A DNA stretch of 64,000 nucleotides from an uncultured Dorea sp. (GTDB taxonomy: Bacteria; Bacillota; Clostridia; Lachnospirales; Lachnospiraceae), in assembly GCA_910580235.1 (NCBI GenBank), contig CAJTVU010000008.1, positions 3,310 to 67,309 of the forward strand, written 5' to 3'. Position numbers and translations under genes: made by a program. Shown here piece by piece: positions 10,077 through 19,332 of the stretch. Every line of letters begins with the position of its first letter. Position 1 is the stretch's first letter. The notes beneath the pieces were generated by a model that did no database searches, was not told the origin of the DNA, and worked only from the letters and a program-made list of their open reading frames with translations.

Positions 10077-10676
10077 ATGATTCGTTTGTCAAAAGAGCCA
10101 AATATCAGAAAACTAGACATTTTTTGCGAGACTATACATAGTGAGGGCGGCGTATCGCTTGAGAAGCCTTTGAAAAAATGTGCCGCTGTGGCCGTGATTA
10201 AAAATCCATATGCCGGATTGTATACGGAAGATTTAACAGAGATTATGGAGTATGGCGAATACCTGGGGGATTATCTGACCCGCAAGGCAGTGGAGGCGAT
10301 GGGAATACCCGTATCAGAAGTCCACAGCTTCGGAAAAGCGTGTATCGTAGGCCTGGATGGAGAGCATGAGCATGCGGCGGCTATCATGCATCCAAGGCTT
10401 GGGGCGCCGATGCGTTCTTTCTTAGAGTCAGGATCAGCTGTCATTCCTTCTGCAAAAAAAATCGCGGCGGCGGGCGCCACTTTAGACGTGCCGCTTCTCT
10501 ACAAAGATGGGATGCTTGTCCGTTCCCACTATGACAGTATTACGATCCGAGTGCCGGATGCTCCCCATCCTGACGAGATACTGTGCGCTGTCGCATTTAC
10601 TGACGGCGGGCGCCCAAGAGCGCGGATCGGGGGCCTGAGCGTAGAAGAGTGTGTGGGAAAAAACGGGCTTGATTAG
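10077..10676 (+). CDS. Amino-acid-synthesis family protein (DUF1185/AA_synth-like), copy 1
   Basis: About 195 aa with PLKKCAAVAVIKNPYAG and HPRLGAP-type blocks that I recognise from the DUF1185 family. It is a tandem paralog of the next gene. The start is uncertain because of poor RBS spacing. Confidence 0.55.
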   Translation: MIRLSKEPNIRKLDIFCETIHSEGGVSLEKPLKKCAAVAVIKNPYAGLYTEDLTEIMEYGEYLGDYLTRKAVEAMGIPVSEVHSFGKACIVGLDGEHEHAAAIMHPRLGAPMRSFLESGSAVIPSAKKIAAAGATLDVPLLYKDGMLVRSHYDSITIRVPDAPHPDEILCAVAFTDGGRPRARIGGLSVEECVGKNGLD

Positions 10677-10694
10677 CGGAAAGGTTGTGGTACA

Positions 10695-11279
10695 ATGAGA
10701 GATTTTATCAGGAAAGAAACCGTCATCATTGACGAGACCAGAAGTGAGATAGGAAGAAAGTTAGAGACGCCGCTAAAAAAATGCGCCAGCATTGCGGTCG
10801 TAAAAAATATCTATGCAGGGAAAGATGTGCAGGAAATGCCGGAATATGCTGAATATGGAAAAGAGCTTGGAAAACGTCTTATCAATCAGGCGCTTGCTGC
10901 CCTTCATATAACAGCAGATGACGTCAACAGCTATGGCAAGGCAGCCGTGACGGGGCTTGGCGGGGAGCAAGAGCACGGTTCTGCGCTTCTGCATACAGGT
11001 TTCGATGAAGGTGTGCGCTCTGTGCTTACAACATCGAAAGCAATTATACCATCCAGTGAGAAATCGGCGCCTGCAGGATGTTCTGTAGACGTGCCGCTCC
11101 ACAATAAGCTGGCCCTCAAAGTGCGTACACATTTCGATGCTATGGAGGTCAGCATAGCGGACAGCCCAAGGGAGGATGAGATCCTGATCGCACTGTGCGT
11201 GACAACGGGAGGAAGGCCGTTCCCAAGAGTCGGAGGCCTGCTTCTTCCAGACATCAAAGGCGAAGATGGGGTGGTGTAG
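10695..11279 (+). CDS. Amino-acid-synthesis family protein (DUF1185/AA_synth-like), copy 2
   Basis: Paralog of 10077..10676 (PLKKCASIAVVKNIYAG, GGRPFPRVGGL). Confidence 0.55.
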   Translation: MRDFIRKETVIIDETRSEIGRKLETPLKKCASIAVVKNIYAGKDVQEMPEYAEYGKELGKRLINQALAALHITADDVNSYGKAAVTGLGGEQEHGSALLHTGFDEGVRSVLTTSKAIIPSSEKSAPAGCSVDVPLHNKLALKVRTHFDAMEVSIADSPREDEILIALCVTTGGRPFPRVGGLLLPDIKGEDGVV

Positions 11280-11282
11280 CAG

Positions 11283-12452
11283 ATGAAAGAATTGATTCTT
11301 ACAAATATAGGGACGATCGTGACGGGAAAGTTGGAAGATCCCATTACAGATCTTGACACTATAGCGATCCGAGACGGCGTAATCAAAGAGATCGGAAGCG
11401 CCGAGCTGCTGGAGAAATATAAAGGCGCCGATGTGGTCGATGTAAACGGAGTGACAGTCGCGCCGGGATTCATTGACAGCCACAGCCATCCATGCGTAGG
11501 CGATTACACATTCAGACAGAAGACGGACGCTCTCATTGAGAGCGAAGTGCACGGCGGCGTGACTACGGTCATCTCTGCGGGAGAGCCTCATTTCCCTGGA
11601 AGGCCGAAAGATGCGGCGGGCGTGAAAGCGCAGGCCATCTTCCTCTCCAAATGCTTCCGTAACCAATCGGCTCTTGGAGCAAAAGTGCACGGCGGCGCAG
11701 TCATTCTGGAGCAGGGGCTTAAGGAGTCCGATTTTGAGGAGATGGCAAGAGAAGGTGTCTGGCTCGTAGGAGAAGTCGGGCTTGGCACAGTAAAATCTCC
11801 AGAAGACGCAGCTCCCCTTGTGGCTATGGCAAAGAAGCATGGGTTCAAAGTCCACATGCACACCGGTGGGACTTCCATTCCAGGCAGCTCCCCGGTCAGC
11901 GCAGACGATGTGATCAAGACAGATCCCACAGTGGCGTCCCATTGCAACGGCGGCCCGACGGCTGTCTCGCTTGCAGAGGTAGAGCGCATTATCCGGGAGA
12001 GCGAGATTGCCATCGAGATCGTCCAGTGCGGCAACTATCGCATGACGAACGGCATCCTGAAGATTATACAGGAGCTGGGGCTGGAGCATAGGGTCATCTT
12101 TGGAAATGACGCGCCGTCGGGCACAGGGGTGATACCGCTGGGCATTATCCGCAATATATGCTATGCGTCAAGCGTATGCAAAGTAGCTCCACATAAAGCC
12201 ATTGCTATGGCGACAGGAAATACGGCGGCCGTATTCGGATTGAATACGGGAGTGATAGAGCCGGGAAGAGAGGCAGACCTTGTGTGCCTGGATGCTCCGA
12301 TCGGCTCCGTAGGAGATACGGCGCTGGCAGCCATTGAAGCTGGAGACATCCCCGGGATTACCTGCATCATTATAAACGGCAAGGTCGCTGTGAAGAAGAG
12401 CCGAAATACCCCTCCGGGGAACAGAGAGCCGAAATACTGTCCATCCATATAA
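11283..12452 (+). CDS. Metal-dependent amidohydrolase, enamidase-like
   Basis: PGFIDSHSHP (HxH metal site), further His/Asp blocks (HMHTGG, GNDAPSG), 389 aa. The enamidase assignment is by family resemblance only. Confidence 0.7.
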   Translation: MKELILTNIGTIVTGKLEDPITDLDTIAIRDGVIKEIGSAELLEKYKGADVVDVNGVTVAPGFIDSHSHPCVGDYTFRQKTDALIESEVHGGVTTVISAGEPHFPGRPKDAAGVKAQAIFLSKCFRNQSALGAKVHGGAVILEQGLKESDFEEMAREGVWLVGEVGLGTVKSPEDAAPLVAMAKKHGFKVHMHTGGTSIPGSSPVSADDVIKTDPTVASHCNGGPTAVSLAEVERIIRESEIAIEIVQCGNYRMTNGILKIIQELGLEHRVIFGNDAPSGTGVIPLGIIRNICYASSVCKVAPHKAIAMATGNTAAVFGLNTGVIEPGREADLVCLDAPIGSVGDTALAAIEAGDIPGITCIIINGKVAVKKSRNTPPGNREPKYCPSI

Positions 12453-12484
12453 GAACAGCAAGAAGAGAATAACAGGAGGAGACC

Positions 12485-13120
12485 ATGGGAAAAGGATTTG
12501 ACGAATATTATACTTGCCGGAACAAAGAGCTTGACCTGAAGAAATCCGCGATACTTATCGTAGATATGTTAAATGACTTCTGTAAGCCGGGCGGGCGCAT
12601 GGTGCTGGAAGACGGATATCTGGTGGTAGAGCCTATACAGAAGCTGGTAGCCGCGGGAAGAAAGCACGGCATACCAATTATATGGATCTGTCAGAAATAC
12701 CGCATGGACAAATATGACAAGGTGACGGAGAAACGTGTCGGCACTTGTTATGAGGGTACATGGGGATGTGAGCAGATTGAGGAGCTTCCTATCCTTCCAG
12801 AAGATTATGTAGTACATAAGAGACGGTACAGCGGGTTCTTCCAGACAGATCTGGATCTTACACTGCGGGATATGGGAGCGGAGAAGGTAATCGTAGGCGG
12901 CTGTGTCACCAATATCTGTGTGCGGGGCACAGTAGCAGACGCGTTCCAGCTGGATTATGAAGTGTTCGTGCCAAAGGACTGCGTGCGTGCGACAAGTGAG
13001 CGGGAGCAGGAGTCCCAGCTCTGGGATTTTGAGACGCATTTTGGAACGGTCACTACGTCAGACGAGCTGATCGCCGCAATGGACAAGCTGGCGCCGGAGG
13101 ATGCATGCCGCATCCGATAG
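12485..13120 (+). CDS. Isochorismatase-family cysteine hydrolase
   Basis: LIVDMLNDF N-terminal Asp block and a catalytic Cys context, GGCVTNICVRGT. Confidence 0.8.
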   Translation: MGKGFDEYYTCRNKELDLKKSAILIVDMLNDFCKPGGRMVLEDGYLVVEPIQKLVAAGRKHGIPIIWICQKYRMDKYDKVTEKRVGTCYEGTWGCEQIEELPILPEDYVVHKRRYSGFFQTDLDLTLRDMGAEKVIVGGCVTNICVRGTVADAFQLDYEVFVPKDCVRATSEREQESQLWDFETHFGTVTTSDELIAAMDKLAPEDACRIR

Positions 13121-13209
13121 ACAGCTGCAAAGATAAAATAAGGAACTATATAAAAAATATTAAAATATAAAAGAAGCGTGCGCTTAAGCGCGCCGTGAAA
13201 GGAGAAAAA

Positions 13210-13875
13210 ATGGGCGTACTTACGAAAGAACTCAGGGAAAGGCTGGATAAGCTTTCCACCACAAATGTTTCAGATGCGTTAGATGCGTTAGGGATTAAAG
13301 GCTCCACCATCGGCGTAAAGAAAATGTATGAGGGCTGTGACAAGATTATCGGCGAGGCCGTGACGATGAAGGTAGTGGCTGCAGGGCTGACCAAATCTAC
13401 GACCCACATGGGCGTGAACGCCATAGAAGCCGCCAAAGAGGGGGACGTCATCGTCATTGATAACGGAGGCCGCGAGGATGTTAACTGCTGGGGCGGAGTA
13501 TTAAGCACGGGGGCGAAGTTCAAAGGTGTATCGGGCGTTGTCATCGACGGCTGCTGCCGCGATCTTGACGAGTGCGTCGAGCTAGGATTCCCGGTATATG
13601 CCCGCTCTACCATCTGCGCTACGGCACGTGGACGTGTCATGGAAGAAGCGACGAATGTGATGGTTTCTTTCAGCGGAGTACAGGTGCGCCCGGGGGACGT
13701 CGTAGTGGCGGACATCACAGGCGTAGTATTTATCCCGCAGGAGCGCCTTACAGAAGTCATCGAGAAGGGGGAGATGCTTCTTAAGAAAGAGACAGATATG
13801 TGTAACGACATCAAAGCGGGAATGTCCATGTTAGAAGTGGATAAGAAATACAATTACGAGAATATGTTAAAATGA
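13210..13875 (+). CDS. RraA-family protein (HMG/CHA aldolase-like), copy 1
   Basis: VIDNGGREDVNCWGGVLSTGAKFKGVSGVVIDGCCRD, characteristic of the RraA/aldolase fold. RBS GAAAGGAGAAAAA precedes ATG 13210. Confidence 0.75.
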   Translation: MGVLTKELRERLDKLSTTNVSDALDALGIKGSTIGVKKMYEGCDKIIGEAVTMKVVAAGLTKSTTHMGVNAIEAAKEGDVIVIDNGGREDVNCWGGVLSTGAKFKGVSGVVIDGCCRDLDECVELGFPVYARSTICATARGRVMEEATNVMVSFSGVQVRPGDVVVADITGVVFIPQERLTEVIEKGEMLLKKETDMCNDIKAGMSMLEVDKKYNYENMLK

Positions 13876-13896
13876 TGCAAAGAAGGTGAGAGTAAA

Positions 13897-14568
13897 ATGA
13901 GCATTCCAAAAATTGACAAAGCAATTATTGAAGAGTACAAGAAGCTGGATTCTACAAGCATTTCTGACGCCATGGATAGGATAGGCATCCCGGCCGGGCT
14001 GTATGGGATCAAGCCGGTCACCCCAGGGACCTCTATGTGCGGACAGGCATTTACTGTAAGGTATGTGCCCTGTGGAGAAGTGAAGGGGACAGTGGGAGAC
14101 TTCTTAGATGATGTTGAACCGGGACAGGTGTGCGTGCTGGACAACGGAGGCAGGGATTACTGTACTGTATGGGGAGACATCATGGCAATGACGGCGTCTC
14201 TTAAGGGGATCGCAGGAACGTTGATCTACGGCGTATGCCGCGACATCAAGGATGTCCGTAATATAAAGTATCCGATCTTTTCCAACGGCTATTATATGGT
14301 GACAGGAAAAGACAGGGTAGAGGTTGCCGCTATCAATGAGCCTGTTACTGTCGCCGGTATCAAAGTATGCCCGGGAGATCTTGTTTTTGGAGACGATACT
14401 GGAGCGCTTGTCATCCCTTTTGATAAGGTGGAGACAGTTTTAAATATTGCGAAAGAGATTGAGAGAAAAGAAGAGATTATCCGTGAGAATGTGAAAAGCG
14501 GCCTGTCCCTTCGGGAAGCAAGAGCGAAGACGGGCTATCACAACTTGCAGACAAAGGAGGCGAAATAA
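13897..14568 (+). CDS. RraA-family protein (HMG/CHA aldolase-like), copy 2
   Basis: VLDNGGRDYCTVWGDIMAMTASLKGIAGTLIYGVCRD. Confidence 0.75.
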   Translation: MSIPKIDKAIIEEYKKLDSTSISDAMDRIGIPAGLYGIKPVTPGTSMCGQAFTVRYVPCGEVKGTVGDFLDDVEPGQVCVLDNGGRDYCTVWGDIMAMTASLKGIAGTLIYGVCRDIKDVRNIKYPIFSNGYYMVTGKDRVEVAAINEPVTVAGIKVCPGDLVFGDDTGALVIPFDKVETVLNIAKEIERKEEIIRENVKSGLSLREARAKTGYHNLQTKEAK

Positions 14569-14570
14569 GC

Positions 14571-15512
14571 ATGAGCGTTACAGCGCTTTATCTGGATACG
14601 TTAAATGAACACATGGAGAAGATGATACTGGATATGTGTCCGGAAGAGGTGGATTTACGTTTTTTAAATCCGACGATTGGGCAAAAAGGAGAATTAAAAG
14701 ACGCAGATGTGCTGATCGTTACAACTTACTATGCTACGAAGGACGTCATCGCCGCAGCTCCCAATGTGAAGCTTATACAGCGCACGGGGGTAGGCTTGGA
14801 TATGGTAGACGTGGCCTATGCCAAAGAGAGGAATATACCAATCTCTATCTGCAAAGGATTTAATTCTACTTCTGTGGCAGAGCTGGCGATCCTTGATATG
14901 CTGGCGCTGTACCGCCACATTATCGACCTTGATAACAAAGGGAAGAAGAAAGAGTGGCACACCCTTACATACCGCCACGACAGCTATGAGATCGTTGGCA
15001 AAACAGTCGGCGTAGTGGGCGGGGGCACGATAGGGAAAGAAGTCATCCGCCGCCTCAAAGCGTTCGGAGCAGAGATCATATACTATGACGTATACCCGAT
15101 GGCCGAAGAAGATGAGAAACAGCTCGGATGCAGGCGGGCATCTCTTGATGAGCTGCTGGAGAGCTCGGATATTATCACCCTTCATGCGCCGCTTCTTGAC
15201 AGTACCCGGGGCATGATCGGAAAAGAGCAGATTGCGAAGATGAAGAGAAGCGCCATACTTGTAAATACAGCACGTGGAGCATTGGTAGATCCAGATGCGC
15301 TCATTGAGGCGCTGAAGGAAAAGAGGATCTGGGGCGCAGCCTTTGACGTGTTTGAGCCGACAGAGCCGCTCTTCGGGGTCGATCTTCCGAATCTTATCGT
15401 AACGCCTCATGTAGGCGCGGCAACGTATGATAATTATTATCGCGGCTATGAGCTGTGTATGGAGAATGCACTGCGGATAGGGCGGGGAGAAGAGCCGCTT
15501 TATACGATATAG
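14571..15512 (+). CDS. D-isomer-specific 2-hydroxyacid dehydrogenase
   Basis: NAD motif VGVVGGGTIGKEV, NTARG block, and a C-terminal TPH catalytic His region. Confidence 0.85.
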   Translation: MSVTALYLDTLNEHMEKMILDMCPEEVDLRFLNPTIGQKGELKDADVLIVTTYYATKDVIAAAPNVKLIQRTGVGLDMVDVAYAKERNIPISICKGFNSTSVAELAILDMLALYRHIIDLDNKGKKKEWHTLTYRHDSYEIVGKTVGVVGGGTIGKEVIRRLKAFGAEIIYYDVYPMAEEDEKQLGCRRASLDELLESSDIITLHAPLLDSTRGMIGKEQIAKMKRSAILVNTARGALVDPDALIEALKEKRIWGAAFDVFEPTEPLFGVDLPNLIVTPHVGAATYDNYYRGYELCMENALRIGRGEEPLYTI

Positions 15513-15522
15513 AAAATTCCAA

Positions 15523-15585
15523 AACTCCTTAATAAGAAGATCGCGGTCCAAATAGTTTGGACCGCGATCTTCTTATTAAGGAGTT
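15523..15585. terminator. Perfect 30-bp inverted repeat with 3-nt loop between convergent operons
   Basis: AACTCCTTAATAAGAAGATCGCGGTCCAAA tag TTTGGACCGCGATCTTCTTATTAAGGAGTT. There are no mismatches and no flanking U-tract. Confidence 0.6.
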
Positions 15586-15607
15586 ATAAAGTAAACGATG
15601 AACGGCG

Positions 15608-16876
15608 TCAAAATAAGTTGCCTTCACTGTCGAAGGCCAGAGGCTTAAGCTCTCCAAGCACGGTTACTCCAGGTGTCTTAAGCGCGTCTTCCAGCATGGA
15701 TTCGGAGATCCATATCTTGCTTAGAGAGAGCGTGTCGGCGATGCGTACAAGACGGATAGTTTCCTTGTTGAATCCTGCCGCTGTCTTTATGCCAGTCTGT
15801 ATGGCTAGCTTCTGATTGTCCATGGCCATAGGGATACGGACGGCGGCAGTCAGCGTGGCAGTCAGTGCGTTAGGATAGGTCGCCTCCGAGTCAAATTTCT
15901 CCACGAGGCGGCGGGTCGTTACATCCGCCACTCCAATGCCATTGGCGTTCCCGTGGGTCTCGTCAGTTAAATCCAGCACGACCAGCTTATCCGGTCTTTT
16001 GGGGCCGCTGGCGTAAGGGCTCGCGAAGCATCCTGTAATATGAGGATCCATGCCAAGGCCGCTTATGTTCTTTCCCATTTTGTCTACGACGAGAACATCA
16101 ATGTCTGAGAACATAATACGGGGCATAAGCGATTTGGATCGCTTCAGAAGCTCTGTCTCTGTCTTCTCAAAATGTGCCGGGCTGACAGCATGCAGCTCGC
16201 AAGTGTCGTCAAAAGCGTTCTCAATGATCGCCAGTCCGAACAGGATATTGGCATGTTCTAAGATAGCGTTCCCGTATTTGCGTATATTGTCCGCAATCCT
16301 GGCATACCCTTCCTGGTGGCATACTTCTGCGCCTGCCTGTTTTGCCAGCCCGATCGCCATCATTTTCATAAGGCCGCTCTCTACCGGCCCTGTAAATGAG
16401 GTGTGTGCTTTCACACGGTTGACGATAACGATGCCGTCGGCAGAGGCCGCGAAAGCGTCGATCTGCACGGGGCGTCCGTCGGGGGTCGTCCCAATCTGCT
16501 TTACTTCCATGGAGGAGCGTATAGGGCAGCCAAGGTACTCTTCTGTAATACCGAGAGCCGTCAGGATCTCCAGCTGGCCGGAAGCAGTGGCGCCGCCGTG
16601 GCTTCCCATAGCAGGGACGACAAAGGGCTTTGCGCCCTTTTCTTTCAGTATGTTTACGACTGCTTTCAGTATAGCGGCAATATTGGATATCCCCCTGCTG
16701 CCTGCCGTTATGGCTACAGACATGCCTGGGCGCACTGCATCTGATATGCCTTCCTTTGCCAGGGCATCCCGGACGCCCCCGCCGATATCTGTGATAGCGG
16801 TCCTGTCAAAATATTGTTCTACCTGTATCATGCGGGGAAGAGGCATCCTCCCCGCAAGTGCATTTACAACACCCAT
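15608..16876 (-). CDS. Lactate-racemase-like (LarA_N/DUF2088) domain protein
   Basis: 422 aa with blocks AITAGSRGI and VPAMGSHGG that I recognise from DUF2088/LarA-type proteins. Confidence 0.55.
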   Translation of the reverse strand: MGVVNALAGRMPLPRMIQVEQYFDRTAITDIGGGVRDALAKEGISDAVRPGMSVAITAGSRGISNIAAILKAVVNILKEKGAKPFVVPAMGSHGGATASGQLEILTALGITEEYLGCPIRSSMEVKQIGTTPDGRPVQIDAFAASADGIVIVNRVKAHTSFTGPVESGLMKMMAIGLAKQAGAEVCHQEGYARIADNIRKYGNAILEHANILFGLAIIENAFDDTCELHAVSPAHFEKTETELLKRSKSLMPRIMFSDIDVLVVDKMGKNISGLGMDPHITGCFASPYASGPKRPDKLVVLDLTDETHGNANGIGVADVTTRRLVEKFDSEATYPNALTATLTAAVRIPMAMDNQKLAIQTGIKTAAGFNKETIRLVRIADTLSLSKIWISESMLEDALKTPGVTVLGELKPLAFDSEGNLF

Positions 16877-16890
16877 ATGTCTTGCTCCTG

Positions 16891-18309
16891 TTATTCGTCT
16901 ATAATGACGATGTTAAGCTCTTTGGCAATCTCCCGAGCCCTCTCAACGCTTGGGTACGCGTCTTTTAAGATAAGGCGTGCTCCTCCGCTGTTGACAGACT
17001 CTACCATAGAATTGCCTTCCGTTGCCTCTATAGTGACGCGCTGGATGGAGTGTTCCGGGATCTCCAGGATCTCCACTTCGACGCCCTTCTGGCGAGCCAC
17101 ATCCAGGCTGTCCCTGTAAGCTTCGGCATTGCTTGTGCCGTGCCCGTCCACGGCAGCCATAAGGATGCCAGGTACGTTGATGGCGCGGCGGGCGAACATT
17201 TCAGCATACAGCTCTATCTTGACTTTTTTGACTTCTCCTTTTGCAAGGAAGTGAGCGATACGCGCACAGTTGGTCGGAGATCCCACGCCTAAGCTGCTTC
17301 CTCCCACGACTGCCTCGCCGAATGGCGCGGTGATAGGGTTCGACTTATTCGCAAGCTGGCGGCTCTCTTCGGTCGCTTTTCGTATAAGAGCCTGCTGGCG
17401 CGCCTGTTCTTCCGCTTTGATCTCATCGGAGATATAGGCGTCTACCTTCTCGTTATGTTTAAAAAATGGCTCCATATAGTCTATCGTGATTGGTACGATA
17501 TGTTTGGCGGACGCAAGATGGCACTGCGCCGCCATAGCGATCATAACGTCTATCGGGACATTTGTAGGCACGGTCGTGTACATCGCAAGCTGGCTTGCCA
17601 GGCGTGCGATGAGGATGCCGCCACCGATGTGTGTGGCGCAAAGCCCGGGAACTAATACGCGAGGCGTGCAAGGAACGCTGATCGTAGGGGAGAGAGCCAG
17701 GACCATGGCCGTCTCCATCTGGGAAGGCTCTCCCCCAGCCAGCTCTACGAATGCTGCGGCAGTCGCAGCCGCGCCGGCGCCGAAGCCTTCCATATTGCAG
17801 CCGGTCGTTGCTTTGCCAATGCGGAACTCACCGCCTATTTTCAAGATGACTGCCATAATGCGCGCAATTAGATCTGCATCGTCATAGTCTTCTTTTAAAG
17901 CCTTTACAAAACCGGTGTACGGGCAGGAGTCGCCTGTGCCCGCGCAGGGCCGAAGGCCGATGGAATGGTTTCCTACCTGAGCGGCCAATGTGTATGCTAC
18001 GATTTTATTTACGAATGCATCTTCTACGATCATTGGAGCATTCTCGCGGGTGAGATCCTGTCCTACAGAGCCGAGCAGGAAGCTGGAACCGTCTTCTACA
18101 CCGATCTTAGCCGCGCAGAGGTTGTGGCCGAACGCTTCTTCCATGCTTGCGGCGATCTCTTCTTTGCTTTTGCCAGTAACGTCGCAGGCCTCCGTGAGAA
18201 TAGCTTCTCCGACGGTCATCCCTGATTCGGCGGCGACAGCGATACATTCTCCAATAGTCATGTGACCGTAGTTATATTCATTTTTTGCAGCAATTTCTGC
18301 GATTGTCAT
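16891..18309 (-). CDS. Iron-sulfur serine-dehydratase-like protein (SDH_alpha-like plus C-terminal SDH_beta-like)
   Basis: N-terminal alpha-type region with Cys-containing blocks (RPCAGTGDSCP, TGCNMEG). The C-terminal part has GHGTSNAEAY and NSGGARL, resembling the beta domain. Confidence 0.5.
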   Translation of the reverse strand: MTIAEIAAKNEYNYGHMTIGECIAVAAESGMTVGEAILTEACDVTGKSKEEIAASMEEAFGHNLCAAKIGVEDGSSFLLGSVGQDLTRENAPMIVEDAFVNKIVAYTLAAQVGNHSIGLRPCAGTGDSCPYTGFVKALKEDYDDADLIARIMAVILKIGGEFRIGKATTGCNMEGFGAGAAATAAAFVELAGGEPSQMETAMVLALSPTISVPCTPRVLVPGLCATHIGGGILIARLASQLAMYTTVPTNVPIDVMIAMAAQCHLASAKHIVPITIDYMEPFFKHNEKVDAYISDEIKAEEQARQQALIRKATEESRQLANKSNPITAPFGEAVVGGSSLGVGSPTNCARIAHFLAKGEVKKVKIELYAEMFARRAINVPGILMAAVDGHGTSNAEAYRDSLDVARQKGVEVEILEIPEHSIQRVTIEATEGNSMVESVNSGGARLILKDAYPSVERAREIAKELNIVIIDE

Positions 18310-18325
18310 AGTCCGATCCTCCCTT

Positions 18326-19204
18326 TTACTTTACCTCAATATCCATCAGCTCTTCCCATATTTTAAGAAGAGCAGTAATATCCTGACGTCCGTAGCCTTT
18401 TGCCCTGGCCGTCTCGAACATCTGGATGGCGGTGCTGCCCATAGGCGTAGGCATCTTAAGCTGTTTTGCAGTGTCCGCAGCAAGGCCTAAGTCTTTGTGC
18501 TCCAGATCTACGGCAAAACCGCCTTCGAAATTCCGTTTTTTGATAAAGTTGGGTATCTTGTTCTCTATTATGAAGCTTCGTCCAGAGCTGGAGCCGATGA
18601 TCTCATACATCGTATCAAGATCAAGCCCGATTTTTGCGCCCAGTACCAAAGCTTCCGCGACAGCCGCCATATTGCAGCCAAGAAGATAATTGTTGACCAT
18701 TTTTATGCCCGATCCTGTCCCGACCGAGCCTACATGATAGATTTTCTTTCCGATTGCCTCAAGGACAGGCAGGACTTTTGCGAATCCTTCGTCGCTTCCC
18801 CCTGCCATCACAGTAAGAGTGCCTGTAGCTGCGCCGCCTACGCCGCCGCTTACAGGACAGTCCATATATTCAACGCCGCGCTCCGCGGTCATCTTTGCGT
18901 GGTTTCTTGCGGAGTCTGGAGAAATGCTGCTAAGGTCGATAAAATACTTAAGGCTGAGGTCTTCTGTTGCCAGCACTTCTCTTAATACTCCAGACACGAT
19001 CGCTGCGTTTGGCAGCGAACATAACACGATATCTACATCTGATGCAGCTAAAGCAGCGCTTGTACATATTTCGGCTCCGCTTTCGCGAGCCTCCTGTACT
19101 GCTTTTTCTACAAGATCAAATGCTCTTACTTCATAATTGTTAGCAAGAAGCCTGCGGCAAATAGGCAGACCCATTGCTCCAAGCCCGATCATTCCCAGTT
19201 TCAT
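18326..19204 (-). CDS. Beta-hydroxyacid dehydrogenase (3-hydroxyisobutyrate dehydrogenase family)
   Basis: MKLGMIGLGAMG Rossmann start 8 nt after GAGGAGGG, and a GSGIKMVNN family block. The track start at 19249 has no RBS. Confidence 0.85.
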   Translation of the reverse strand: MKLGMIGLGAMGLPICRRLLANNYEVRAFDLVEKAVQEARESGAEICTSAALAASDVDIVLCSLPNAAIVSGVLREVLATEDLSLKYFIDLSSISPDSARNHAKMTAERGVEYMDCPVSGGVGGAATGTLTVMAGGSDEGFAKVLPVLEAIGKKIYHVGSVGTGSGIKMVNNYLLGCNMAAVAEALVLGAKIGLDLDTMYEIIGSSSGRSFIIENKIPNFIKKRNFEGGFAVDLEHKDLGLAADTAKQLKMPTPMGSTAIQMFETARAKGYGRQDITALLKIWEELMDIEVK

Positions 19205-19332
19205 GGAATAGCCCTCCTCTACATGAATAATAACGGTAATAATAAACATATCTACCGACTGCGGGTGGGCTGAATGTTCCCGGCGGATTTGTCAAAAATA
19301 TGCAAAAATATGTAAGAATAAGTTGTACCCGT

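Noticed and set aside
10773-12089. 438-aa ORF on the minus strand.
   Set aside because: It lies entirely antisense to the well-supported DUF1185 and amidohydrolase genes. It has no RBS or recognisable motifs and an Arg/Cys/His-rich composition typical of a shadow frame.
16050-16904. 284-aa ORF on the plus strand. The similar antisense ORFs at 28382..29347, 9217..10101, 14694..15551, 44975..45808, 50900..51580 and 54079..54729 belong in the same group.
   Set aside because: All lie antisense to genes with strong family signatures (LarA-like, ATPase, ADH, 2-hydroxyacid dehydrogenase, permease, S7/EF-G, EF-Tu). They have low-complexity Ser/Pro/Arg-rich sequences and no RBS.
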